Assembly: GCA_965287045.1 (NCBI GenBank)
Contig: OZ336877.1
Span: forward strand, 30,008,001-30,072,000
DNA: 64,000 bases
Direction: 5' to 3'
From: Carcharhinus amblyrhynchos
Taxonomy: Eukaryota
The notes under the pieces are model-generated. The model made no database searches and was not told where the DNA came from. It was given only the letters and a program-made list of their open reading frames with translations. This document shows, one piece after another, positions 37,083-49,890 of the stretch. A program made the translations under genes and the position numbers. The number at the start of each line of letters is the position of its first letter. The first letter of the stretch is position 1.

Positions 37083-37489
37083 TTGCGTAGCTTTGGGTGT
37101 TGCCTGTTCTGCTGCTGGGGAATCCACTGCAGTGGTGCTGCCTTTGCTGGGACTGGAAGATCTCAGCGGTGGGAAGGACTGGAAAATGGCATCCATATAG
37201 TGAATTGGAGATGTTTGGACTGAATGATTCACTGAGCAGAAATGAGCAGCTACAGGCTATAAGGAAAACCCAGTAAATGGTGACTGAAGGATAAACTTGC
37301 CTTTTATCTGCTGAAGTGGATAGGGCTGTAGGCTTGAGGATTCCACTCCAGTCCAGATGACTACTTCCTCTGTCCTCACAGCCACTGAATATATTGAATT
37401 TCTTCTCCGAGGGTCATTAACCTTAACCAGAATAATCAGGAAATTAGATCTGTAGCCATACTCAGACCAGCCATGATCTACACGGATCA

Positions 37490-37833
37490 CGGGCACCACG
37501 GTAGCACAGTGGTTAGCACTGCTGCTTCACAGCTCTAAGAACCTGGGTTCGATTCCTGCCTTTGGTCACTGTCTGTGTGGAGTTTGCACATTCTCCTCGT
37601 GTCTGTATGGGTTTCCTCCAGGTGTTCCAGTTTCCTCCCACAATCCAAAGATGCACGGGTTATGTTGATTGGCCATGCTAAAATTACCCTTAGTGTCCTG
37701 AGATGCATAGGTTAGAGAGATTAGTGGATAAATATGTAGGGATATGGGGTAGGGCCTGGATGGGATTGTGGTCAGTGCAGACTCGATGGGCTGAATGGCC
37801 TCTTCCTGAGCTGTAGGGTTTTTATGATTCTAT
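37490..37833 (+). mobile_element. HE1-like V-SINE
   Basis: Head, V-domain, tail TATGATTCTA. Confidence 0.9.
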
Positions 37834-37989
37834 TGCAGGCTTGAGGGGCCAAATGGCCTACTTTTGCTCTTATTTCTGATGTGACTGTCCGCCGAGAGGG
37901 TTCTGTTACATGCCAAAGAATATGGAAGGGTCCACGCTAACTTGTGTGAGATTCCATGGCTTTGACACTCAACAATGGAACCTGTGGCT

Positions 37990-38262
37990 ATTGAGGGCAG
38001 GACTTTCTGGCACCTCACACAGGAGGGGGAAATAGAGACAGACCAGCGAAGGATGGGAAGTGTCAGAGATGAACCATCTGAAGATGATAGAAGGGTGGAA
38101 ATTGGAAACAAAATTGGTACATTTTTCCAGGTCTAGATGAGAGCATGAAGTAGCACCGAAATAATCATCGATGTACTGATAAAGAAGTCGTGGGAGGGGG
38201 GCTGGAGTAGGACCGGAACAGGGAATAAAGAGACAGGCATTTATGCCTGGATACACATGGTT
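37990..38262 (-). mobile_element. Penelope-like reverse transcriptase fragment
   Basis: YQYIDDYFGATSCSHLDLEKCTNFVSNFHPS contains the YIDD catalytic motif in PLE context. Confidence 0.75.
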
Positions 38263-39574
38263 CACATTGTAATGCTTAGGGACTTTGAAAGGGGCAGCAT
38301 TTCAAAGATATCTGTAAAATTCATAGACAGGTTTGTCTGCCAGGAACTGGGAGATGGACAGCAGCCATAGGCACCAAGATGCTATGATTGACCTTGCAAG
38401 AATGGAGGTAGGACTCATGCTCATATTGAAAAGTCCTCATTAATGAGTTAAACCAAAGGTTGGAAGATTCATCCAGCTTGAGCTAGAGGAAGAATCTCCA
38501 GGGACAAAGCTTCACTGAGGAGGTTTGCTCTGAGATTAAAAGTTCCCAAGGTAGGAAAGGAAAAGAACAGAAGTAAACCCTCAGGACCTAAAAATCACCT
38601 TGGATTGGTTCTGAAAGAATTGAATGTCAACATAATGAACAATGTAAAGTGCTTCCATGACGTGTGATTTCCGTTGTGCTAAAAGAAAAAATGGGACAGT
38701 TTGGTTCTGTGGTTCAAAGTGTTCAAAGCCTATAAAAATAATATTTAGTCAAAGGTGTTTTAATCTTTTGTTAAAGTACAAGTCTCAAAATGTGATTAGT
38801 TGGTCACACCACTCTTTCAGCTATTAACTGGAAGTTCAAATTTCTTTTTAAAATATATCAGTCCGAACGAAGATGATAACAATGCATATTATTCTATTTA
38901 TATCAAACTTGTGGAAAGTAATTTCAAATTGGATTTTCCAATATGGGAGAATGGTCCTATTGCAACTAATGCTTCAAATGGAACTGGACATAGCATTCTG
39001 ATGCTTCAAAAAGTTCCAATTCCAAGTAACTTTCTAGCTACTAATTCCAAGTCACTAGACTTGGAATTAGTAGGGATTCCAAGGAATTCTTACATAGATT
39101 GTAAAGACCTTGATCATGCAAAAATCATGAATGTCAATAAAGCAATGCAACAGCCATATACTTTGGATGGAATTTCCTGGAGAAAGTGTGTATTAAAGGC
39201 ACATTGAATTTTCATGTGGGGAATGGAGTTTTTAAAAGGGACTGTCATTGTGTTCAAAGCAATTTTTCAGTTTTATTTGTAAAACACCCTGGGCACTATC
39301 ATAGCTTGAAGTGTTGGGAGTTCAAAAAAGGTGCAATCAGGGTGATAGGCTGGCAGTAGAACTAGGCCACTAGGATGTATTCCAAACCACCAATTGTATC
39401 TGCGGGCCTGGGCACATCGCGTGGCAATGACTGAAGCCAATTGTCACTGCAGGCTCTGAGGCAACACTGAAACTCTTTCCAGGCTGTGCTACCAAATGTA
39501 AGGACACCTGCACCTCAAGAATAGCATTGTTAGTGCAAAAAAGGTGACCCATATTGCCACCATGTGTAGATCCC

Positions 39575-40071
39575 TGACTGTCATCCGGAGTTGAGGGGGT
39601 TGAGCTATGAGGAGAGGCTGAATAAACTAGGCTTGTACTCGTTAGAGTTTAGAAGAATGAGGGGAGATCTCATTGAGACGTATAAGATGATGAATGGGAT
39701 GGATAGGATAGAGGTGGAGAGGCTCTTCCCGCTCAGAAAAGACAGTAGGACTAGGGGGCACAGCCTCAAGATAAAGGGGGGGGGGGCGGTTTAGAACGGA
39801 GTTGAGGAGGAACTTCTTCACTCAAAGGGTGGTGAATCTCTGGAATTCTCTGCCCGTTGAGGTGGTGGAGGCTGCCTCGCTAAATATTTTTAAGACGCGG
39901 GTTGATGGGTTTTTGATAAGCGAGGGGATTAAGGGTTATGGGGAGAGGGCGGGAATGTGGAACTGAGACACGACAGATCAGCCATGATCTTATTGAATGG
40001 CAGGGCAGGCTCGAAGGGCTGGATGGCCTACTCCTGCTCCTATTTCTTATGTTCTTATGTTCTTATGTTCT
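39575..40071 (+). mobile_element. Young CR1 LINE 3' end
   Basis: LRGLSYEERLNKLGLYSLEFRRMRGDLIETYK; intact CpGs; (TTCTTATG)3 tail. Confidence 0.92.
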
Positions 40072-40398
40072 CTAGCAAGCTAATGTGATTAGTTGATTTG
40101 TCCAACAGGTGCATTATTCAGCAAAGCCAACCTTTCCATCTCGTTTCCCCTTGAAAAATAATATTTGGATCAGATGAAGAGAAGTGGGTGGAAATATGTG
40201 TGGAGCATTAAACACGCAGGTGGACCCGCTGTGACAAAGAGCCTGTTTCTGTCCCGAGTCTTCCCACGCAATATACACAGTTGGTAAATTTAATTACATT
40301 GCCTGATTCTTCCAAGCAAGGTTGTGGTGTTATGCAGCTTTGGAACATACTACCAACCTGCCTATAAGGTCAGAGCAAGACACAAGGAGGGAAACATT

Positions 40399-40732
40399 GG
40401 CCACGATTCTCCTAAAAGCTCTGAATTGGTGGGAAAACTGTTCTAAATCATGGTTGTTTTTTCAGTTTAGCTTCTCACCAAAATCTCCGCACTCTATGCA
40501 CTGCAGAGGTCACAATTGTGAATATTATTAAAAACCTGGGGGGGTGGGGCCTATTTGTGCCAAAGAGCCTGAAATCGGCAGGATGGAGAGGGAACCCACA
40601 CCTGCGCAGATCACTAGGAGATCATGGAAAAGACCTCCCAGCATCCAGATCACTGTCATCCAAACCCCACATACATCGCTGGCCTCATCGCTGACCCCAC
40701 ACTTCCCCCTTACACACACACACACACACACA

Positions 40733-40767
<35 letters not shown>

Positions 40768-41314
40768 CACTGACCTCATTACTGCCCCCCACTCCTGTCT
40801 CCCCCCCATGCACAGACATGGCTGCCTGCTCACCCCATGCCCCCATGGATCCAGATAATGTGGGTATGCACTCCCTCCATCCCTTGAACATACTGTCCTC
40901 ACTGCTGCCCTGCAGAGAACTAGCATTGTGCTGACATACACAACCCCAGCTTCTGGTCATTCTCTATCTTGAATGGGAGCCTTGAGTATTGCACCCCCCC
41001 CCGGACACAGCAGCCTATTGAATGGCAGCCAATCAGCACCCTGAGGGATGAATGACACTCAACTGAATGCAGCCTTCAAAATCTCTCACAAGTATTTGTT
41101 GCCAACAAGCCCTAGAGTGGCCACACTCACTGCGCCTACACTCCCCTAATAAGCCAGGGCTGTATATAAGCTGCAGGAATGGACATATAGCCAGTTACAC
41201 CACAAAGATGGCTGCATGGAAACCAACTCCCAGATTTTCGGAGGCCGACCTGCTGGATGCCGTGGAGGAGAGGTGTCATTGTCTGTTACCTGGCCAGGGC
41301 CCTAATGTAAGGGG
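40399..41314 (+). mobile_element. Harbinger-like element left part with Myb-like gene start
   Basis: TIR-like GGCCACGATTCTCC; MAAWKPTPRFSEADLLDAVEER from about 41207. Confidence 0.55.
40712..40766. repeat. (CA)n microsatellite
   Basis: About 27 units with one interruption. Confidence 0.95.
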
Positions 41315-43572
41315 TGCATTTGCCCTCTACCCACAAGCAGCATAACTGGTTCGATAAGAATGATGAGGATATACAGGCTCTACTTGTTGAAAAGCACTGT
41401 CTTCATCGGGCCTATCAGAACGACCCATCTTCAGCTGCCAAGAAAAATGTTTTTACCAGTGCTCGCATGACAGCCCAGAATAAACTGCGTAAAATGCAGG
41501 ATGCCTAGCTGAGCGCCAAGGCAGATGAAATACGGGGATACTTTGACAGAAATGACTTGAAACGGTTCTATGAAGCCCTCAACACTCTCTATGGACCTCA
41601 ATCTCTCAGGAGTTGCCCCCTCCTGAGTACAGATGGTACAACTCTCATTACAGAGAGGGCTCAGATCCTGCAGAGATAGGCTGAACACTTTGAAGCTGTC
41701 CTCAATCGACCGTCATTTGTTAACGATGAGGCAACAGACAGGATTCCCCAGGTTGATATCAACAGCACCATGGATGACCCACCGGTAGTAGCCAAAGTCA
41801 CGTAAGTTGTCAGCCAGTTATCCAGTGGCAAAGCCCCAGGGGCAGATGCCACGCCCGCAGAGATCTATAAAGCTGCTGGTCCTGTACTTATTGAGAAGCT
41901 TACTGAGTTGTTCCAGTTCTTTTGGAAGCAAGAATCCATTCCTCAGGAACTTAAAGACGCTTCCATCATACACCTCTACAAGAGGAAGGACAATCGGCAA
42001 GTATGCGACAACCACCAAGGAATCACGCTGCTCTTCATCACAGGAAAAACCCTCAAGAATCCTGCTAAATCGTCTGGTCACTCATCTGGAGCTGGGCCTG
42101 CTTCCAGACTCATAGCGTGGCTTCTGTAAAGGTCGTAGGACTATTGACATGATTTTTGCTGCGTGCCAACTTCAGGAGAAGTTTCAGAACAGAATCGCGA
42201 GCTCTACACAACCTTTGTTGACCTCGTGAAAGCCTTCGACACAGTAAGCCGACAAAGCCTGTGGAGGATCATGTCAAAGTTCGGCTGCCCCACCAAATTC
42301 ATTCAGATGGTACGCCAGTTCCATGATGGCATGATGGCCAGAGTACTGGATGGCGGAGAATCCTCTGAGGCATTCCTAGTCACCAATGGTGTCAAACAGG
42401 GCTCGCACCCACACTGTTCAGCATGATGCTTGCTGCCATGCTGAATGATGCCTTCCATGACAGTGTTGCTGGAATCAGCCTCAAGTACAGAGTGGATGGG
42501 AAGCTCTTCAACCTGCGGAGACTCCAAGCTATTACCAAAGTGAAGGAAACTGTTCTGAGACATTTCCTCTTTGCCGATGACTGCGCCCCGTATACTGGCT
42601 CAGAGCCAGAGATGCAAGTCAGTATGGACAAATTTTCCACAGCTTGTGACAACTTTGGACTCACCATCAACATTAAAAAGACTGAAGCCACGCACCAGCC
42701 TGCTCCTCATACACCGTACACAGAACCCATAATCACAATCAAAGGGCAGAAACTACAGGCAGTGGACCAGTTCACTTATCTTGGCAGCACCCTCTCCCAA
42801 GCAGTGACTATTGATACAGAAGTTAACTGCAGAATAGCAAAGGCAAGTTCTGCTTTTGGTAGACTGCGCTCCACTGTATGGGAACGTTGAGGAATCAGCC
42901 CAGCAACAAAACTGAAGGTCTACAGCGCCATGATACTCACTACTCTCCTGTATGCCTGTGAAACGTGGACTGTGTATCGAAGGCATGCAAGACAGCTCAA
43001 TCATTTCCACATGATTTGTCTTCGCAGAATATTACGCATCTGATGGCAAGACAAAGTACCAGACACTGAAGTTCTCTCTAGAGCAACTCTACCATCAGTC
43101 CACACACTGCTGATGAGAGAGCAGACTTGGTGGGCAGGTCATGTCATCCGTATGTCAGACGAACGCATACCCAAGCAGCTCCTTCTTAGGGAACTCTCTG
43201 CTGGAAGACGCTCGCATGGAGGGCAGAAGAAACATTTCAAAGACACACAAGGCCTCCCTGAAGTCGCTTGACATTGACACAACCACCTGGAAAACGCTGG
43301 CACAAAACCACCCTACCTGGAGCTGCCTCATCCACAAAGGCTGTCAAACTCACAAAGCAAGGTGTATTGCTGAAGCACAACTTAAGCACGAGCTGCACAA
43401 GTCCAGAGCCACCAGCGCAACAACTACAGTGTCTACACAAGTCTGTCCAATATGTGCCAGGACATTCTGTGCCCGAATTGGCCTGATCAGTCATCTTCGG
43501 AAACACCGCATCCAACCTCAAATTGACTAATGGTGTCAAGGTCCTCATCAATGATGATGGATGAACAACAGC
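41315..43572 (+). mobile_element. 5'-truncated RTE-clade LINE with disabled RT ORF
   Basis: WFDKNDEDIQ, KAPGAD, FVDLVKAFDTVSR, GVKQG, LFADDCA, FTYLGSTLS, C-terminal CPICARTF..RIGLISHLRKH; several stops and frameshifts; candidate TSD AAGGGG at 41309-41314 and 43573-43578. Confidence 0.93.
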
Positions 43573-44799
43573 AAGGGGAGAAGGGAAAGGAGAGGGTGCA
43601 GAATATTGTGTAAATAGGACATTATTAGGGGGTTTAAAGAGTTGAAGTACAGGTATAAAAGCATAGAACAGGAGTAAAAAGTAGGGGTATGCTGGAGGGT
43701 AGGAGGGGAATCAAATGGGGGTGGGCAGCAACATCGGGGGAGGGGGCCTTCATTGGACACAGGGTTCACCTGGCGGCCTCGCCATATCAAGTAGGCATCC
43801 TCCACCACTGGTAAAATATTAGTGGTGGTGGGAGATGGTCCGTAAGTGGGCACTAGCCTCATCAATTAAGTTGCCTCAACAAATGGCCGAGCGGATTTTC
43901 TCAGTCTCCCACGGGGGTGGGGGGGTGGGGGTTCTTGTATTTAGCTGATCTCAACAAACACAAAGACTTGCGAAAGACAGCATGCAGTTAAAGACGTTTT
44001 TATTTGACCAACACGTATTGGGAGAGAGATGGTCAGAGGATTTTAACCTTCTGTGATATTACATCACATAAGCACAACAAATATACATCTGATGAAGGTT
44101 TGATCCTCACACCCAACCTGTCAGCCAAGCTGAATGGTCCAATTACATTCATACACTTTATTTACTTTGGCCAATAGCATTCTACCTTCTAGCAGAATTA
44201 GGAATTCATTGGTTAACCAAACCCATAGATTCTTCCCCCATTGCCTAGTAACCTCACCTATACAAATCCGATAGGTTCCAGAGTCATTCCTAACACTTGC
44301 AGCTTCAGGGAAGAAGACTCCCATCTCATTCTATCTGTTTTCTGTCCCTCTATCAGTGGAGGCTGAATACGTCTTTTCATTGCAACTAGAAGCTGAACCT
44401 TTCTATTAATTTCAATAACCTTGGTACTTGTAGCTGCCTCAACTGCCCCTGATGATAATAAGGTTTTTTCTCTAGGCTTCATTGTTCCAAAAGAATGTGG
44501 TCCGTCTAAGTAAACTTATTTCCATTATGCCAAAGGGTAAATTGCTTGTTGGTCAAAACTCACAGGAGAGTACAAAAATATAGTTTAAATCTATAATACT
44601 TATCCCCAAATGATTATATGTGCTTGTGTAGACTATATCTTTGTATAGTATGGAAATGAGGCACATTGTTATACCTTTAATATATATGTAAGGCACACTG
44701 TGGTCCCTATTTTAAACTAATCTACTTTGTTTTAGTTATCTCAGAAAGCAGCGATTTCTGTATGCCCTGCTGCACCAAGCCTTGATGGGCATGGCAACC

Positions 44800-44802
<3 letters not shown>

Positions 44803-44863
<61 letters not shown>
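44803..44863. repeat. (GT)n microsatellite
   Basis: About 30 perfect units. Confidence 0.95.
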
Positions 44864-44865
<2 letters not shown>

Positions 44866-44983
44866 AGTGTGTCAGAAAGGGGAGGAAGGGTAGTCTGCCA
44901 AGGTGCAGTGGTGGTCCAAAATTCCAGCCATTGTTTCTAAAAGCTCTCTCACCACCAATGCCAACCTGACTGACCTGTAGTTT

Positions 44984-45283
44984 CTAGAATCTAGAAACTC
45001 TACAGTGCAGAAGGAGGCCATTTCGCCCATCAGGCCTGCACCAACAACAATCCCACCAGGCTCTATCCCCATAACCCCATGTATTCATCCTACTTGTTTT
45101 CCGACATTAAAGGGGCAATTTAGCGTGGCCAATCCAACTAACCTGCACATCTTTGGACTGTGGAAGGAAACCCACACAGACATGGGGAGAATGTGCAAAC
45201 TCCACACAGATAGTAACCTGAGGCGGGAATTGAACCTAGGTCCCTGGCACTGTGAAGCAGCAACGCTAACCACTGTGCCACCT
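44984..45283 (-). mobile_element. HE1-like V-SINE
   Basis: Reverse complement of head and V-domain. Confidence 0.85.
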
Positions 45284-46179
45284 TACCATTTGTAGTTTCT
45301 AGGTTTACTTACCTTTTTTTGAACATAGGTATAACATTTGCAATTCTCCAGTCCTCCGACACCAGCCCTGTACCTATGGAGGTTCTCGATACGATTATCC
45401 TACTCACAGGTGAACTCACTTTCCCTCTGGAAAATTACCGACAGTCAGACTCACTACATATCCACCATTATGCTGGTGAGGCAGGGTGGGGCTTGAAGGA
45501 TGCCCTGATCTGTATTAAAACAATACATCCCTCACCCCCTTCCACCACCGCACATATGGAGAACATAACCTCCACAAGCACGAGTCAACCCCTCTTTCAC
45601 AAGCACCAGGTCAACCCCTTCCCACATACACCGGGGTAACCCTCCCACACATAAGGGGAACCCACCCACAATGGAGCTCCCCAGAGGGCTCACCCCAGCA
45701 CTGCCCCATGGTATTGCCAACCTACCGTTGCCACGTCCTTCTGCAGTGCCCCAAGTACATCTCTCTCCCCTAATTTTGGCAGGTTACCCTCAGCTGCTCC
45801 ATATTATTAAATGACTGTTGGAAACTTTGCTGATTTTACATCACATAACAAGGAGAGGGGGAATTCTTTATGTGGAGGGAACACTGGGGAGAAGTCTGTT
45901 AAGTACATGTAAATTTATTCAAATAGAATTCAATGAGGTTTTTGGATAGGAACGCAATCATGTCACCAACAAGGGGTGGGGAAAATCACAAAACAAGACC
46001 TCACCGCTGAGACTCTTGTTTAAGCAGCCGCACAAGGTTTTCCATCAGTGTCATCATTTTCACCCATGGTGAATGCCAGCAGAAATTGCAACCCCCCCCC
46101 TTCCCATACCATCTATCAGTGAGTTGTTATATTGCTGTTATATGGGACACTAGTTATGCTATTACATTTTTAGAGCAAC

Positions 46180-46451
46180 GTTTATTTATTAGTCAAGTAA
46201 GGCTACGTTAACACTACAATGAAGCTCTTGTGAAATTCCCCTGGTTGCCACACTCCAGCACGCGTTTGGGTCAATCCACCTAACCAACATTTCTTTCAGA
46301 CTGTGGGAGGAAACTGGAGCACCTGGAGGAAACCCACGCAGACATGGGGAGAACATTCAGACTCCACACAGACAGTGACCCAAGTCAGGAATCGAACCCA
46401 GGTCCCTGGCACTGTGAGGCAGCAGTGCTAATCATTGTGCTACCGTGCCAC
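46180..46451 (-). mobile_element. HE1-like V-SINE
   Basis: Reverse complement of head and V-domain; AATAAATAAAC-type tail. Confidence 0.85.
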
Positions 46452-46893
46452 TCACAGTGATCCAATCCTGAAAACTACATCTGTAAAGGCTATTTGACGA
46501 AACCCTACTCTATTTGTGTTATTAATTCATCTGTTTTGTTATGAATGCTTCGCATATTCAGGTATAGTGCCTTTAGTTTAATTATTTTTTGACCATTTCT
46601 CTGAGGTCATCCTCAGAGAATGCCACCGTGCCGCTCAGTTAACTGAGCAATTTGAGTGATTTACTGATAGAATCAACATTCCTCCCACATCTCATTGACC
46701 TCCCGCAAATCACTCAACAATCTTTACTTTCCACCGTTCCTCACCCTTCGCCTGCTGCTAGGGTGGCCCCTTGTTTTCTTGGAACCTATTGCACAACATC
46801 TGCCATGAAACCGCAAGCAAATGTATCCAGCTAGAGTGGGCCTGATCCTTACCAGGGAAATTCAATAACATTTTCAGATGTCATATGATCAGG

Positions 46894-46940
46894 CATCATG
46901 TGCTCAAAACATCATGTGCTCAAAACATCATGTGCTCAAA
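46894..46940. repeat. 16-bp tandem triplication
   Basis: (CATCATGTGCTCAAAA)x3. Confidence 0.9.
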
Positions 46941-48595
46941 CCTCCAACCAGCGGGCCTCCAGCCATCCGTCACTACAGCCAATTATCTCCAGCTGTTCAT
47001 ACAGCTCTGGCAGCCAACTCAGGAACAGCATTGACCTCATAGTTGGCCACCTACTGCTTCCCCTTGCTTGGCACCAAAGATGTAAAGGAATAAAGCTTTT
47101 AAAAAGAAAACAGAAAAAGGATTAATAAAAATGATCATCCATTGCTCATGGAAAAAAAAGCTAAATTTACAAACTGGGAGAAAAAAACATATGGGATTGT
47201 ATCCAATTCTAGACACTACATTTGAAGAAGAATGTCAAGGCTTGAGTGAGGGTGCGGAGGAGATTTCCTTCAAGGTACCAAGTTTTCATTATGTGCAGAG
47301 ACTGGAGCAACTGGGGCTGATCTCCTTAGGTCAGCAAAAGTTAAGGAGAGATGGAATGCATGTGTTCAAAATCATGAAGGGCTTTGCCAGGTCAGATCAT
47401 GAGAAGCTGTTTTTATTGGCAGGCACGTGAGCAGCCAGAGGATACAGATTTAAGGTAACTGGCAAAGAAGCCAGAGTGAAATGAGGATCAGGTTTTTGAA
47501 TGTGGTGAGTTGTTCTGATCTGCAGGGGCGGTGGAAGCAGATACAATTGTAACCAACGGAAAGGAATTGGACAGTATGTAAAGAGGACAAACGGAAGAGT
47601 GATGGGGAAAGTACAGGAGTCTGGGGGCAAGTTGCACAGCTCTTTCATGGCATTGCTCCAGTGATGATAGCTATCCCCAACCTGAAACGTTGGGCCGAAC
47701 TTTGCATATTTCAGCAAAGCAAGGGAGACGGAAAATGAGAGGTCACCTAATCCCATTTTTGCAGTCTCAGCACATCCAGTCAAGCAACTAATTAGTGACC
47801 ATACAGCAGGAAAAACGCCAGTTGGAGGTCGGCAGGCAGGGAGTGGGAGAGGGAGGAGGGGTGAAACTCCACACACAATCAGAGATGCAGACAGGGGCAT
47901 CACGCAGCATTGGGGTAATGCCACCAATGGGATGTTGGTCACAGTTACAGGTTTACCAGTCCCTTGCTCTCTGAGCGTCTATTTTTTACTGAAGCCTCAC
48001 AGAAGCTCAAAAAACGAGCCGCTTACACCAGCAGGAATCTGGTGTATTCAGGCATTGTCCCGGTGGCAAGCCCTGTCTTTGCCCATACACTGCCTCATCA
48101 ACACTGCTGTACAACACTCCCAAAGGGTTTACACAACCCACGCCCAGAAAATGCAGTGGGCAGTAAAAGGTCACTGATGACTTCAGACACTGTCAACTGA
48201 TGTGCTCGCTCACTTTCTGTAATCCAGGAGACTGGCGTGACAACATGGCATTGCCAACCTGACATCATCGCGGCCTATTTTGCGTTCACCAAGTGAGGGG
48301 TGCAGAGGGGTTGAGGTCTGACTTAGGAATGTAACGTGCAAACTCCACACAATGTAAAGGGAGGAAAAAGGGATCAGGATATTGAATTTGATGAACAGTC
48401 ATGATCAAAATGAATGGCGGAGCAGGCTCGAAGGGCCAAATAGCCTACACCTGCTTCTATTTTCTATGTAAAGTCCAGCCCATTAACTCTCTCCCCAGCC
48501 ACTGCCTTGCCTGCTGAGATTTTCCAGCCTTGATTTTCCCTGTCAGATTTCCAGCATCCATGGGAATTTGCTTTAGACATAGAACAGAATTAGGT

Positions 48596-48918
48596 ATAGA
48601 ATCCCTACAGTACAGAAAGAGGCCTTCCGGCCCATCGAGTCTGCACCGACAACAATCCCATCTAGGCCCTATCCCCTTAACCCCACATATTTACCCTGGC
48701 TAATCCCTCTATCCTACGCATCCCAGGACACTAGGGGCAATGGCCAATGCACCAAACCTGCACAGCTTTAGACTGTGAGAGGAAACCGGAGCACCCGGAG
48801 GAAATCCACGCTGACATGGGGAGAATGCGCAAATTCCACGCAGACAGTGACCCAAGTCAGGAATCGAATCCAGGTCCCTGGAGCTGTGGGGCAGTGGTGC
48901 AAACCACTGTGCCACCGT
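48596..48918 (-). mobile_element. HE1-like V-SINE
   Basis: Reverse complement of head, V-domain and CR1-type tail. Confidence 0.88.
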
Positions 48919-49624
48919 ACCTGTTTCTTCTGCCATCACATCAACTTCTGACGCACCTACTGGTTTATTAATTTCTGAGCTTCCTACTCAGGAGTTAACT
49001 TGTAGTCCATTCCTGTGCTGCCCCCGGATCTCAGTTACTTCCTAATTCTGTGCCGCACTCTGACATGTCACAGCTTGTGTACACTGGCAGCTCTTCAACT
49101 ATGACCTTTCCCTAGAGTTGGCAATATTATACTTTGATCTGGTATCCACACTCAACAAGGAATGCTGATTTTTTTTTTACAGTAACTCTAGCCAACTCAA
49201 CCAGAAATGCAATCTGAAGACCGCAACTATGCGCTCAGAAAAATAGTCCACAGCATCCGCCATCATCTCACTAATGCCAAATGTAAGAACTGTCCTTTTG
49301 GAAAGGAAATGGTGATCATATCATTTTTATTCGTGAAACATGTCCACACAGCAGTTCAGCAGTAAGTTAGGATGTACCAGCTGAAAACACAAGTACAACA
49401 TTGCCAACCAACTCTGATTTCTTCCCACATCGTGGCTAATTTCTTTTTTCATTTGAAGGGTTTGATTCCAGAACATTATTCCCTTCCCAAGAGCCAAGCA
49501 ATTTGCTCCACGGCAGTGTAAAATTATTGATAATTATGTCCACTTTGGCTGGTTTTAAAACTATACATTTCCAGTGACCATGCTGAGTTATGTGAGGAGA
49601 AGGGTTCAGACTAAAGGCTGGAGC

Positions 49625-49890
49625 GGGGCGCACAGTGGTTAACACTGCCGTTTCACAGGGCCACGGACCCAGGTTCAGTTTCCTGGCTTGGCTCACTGTC
49701 TGTGCGGAATTTGCACGTCCTCCCTGTGTGTGCGTGGGTTCCTCCGGCTGCTCCGGTTTCCTCCCACATTCTGAAAGACAAGCTGGTTAGGTGCATTGAC
49801 CCAAACAGGTACCGGAGCTTGGGAATTTTCACAATAACTTCATTTCAGTGTTAATGTAAGCCTTACTTGTGACTAACAAGTAAATGTTAA
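49625..49890 (+). mobile_element. HE1-like V-SINE
   Basis: CACAGTGGTTAACACTGC head; tail GTGTTAATGTAAGCCTTACTTGTGAC. Confidence 0.82.

Noticed and set aside
39034-39073. Helitron 3' end (hairpin plus CTAG)
   Set aside because: CTAG abuts the stem with no spacer and is not followed by T; no matching 5' TC end identified
39490-39575. Hydrophobic minus-strand peptide MVAIWVTFFALTMLFLRCR as a transmembrane exon
   Set aside because: Only 16 hydrophobic residues, weak splice sites, and it abuts a CR1 insertion
40528-40960. CVCVCV / THTHTH ORFs here and at 54514-54824
   Set aside because: Dinucleotide microsatellite translations
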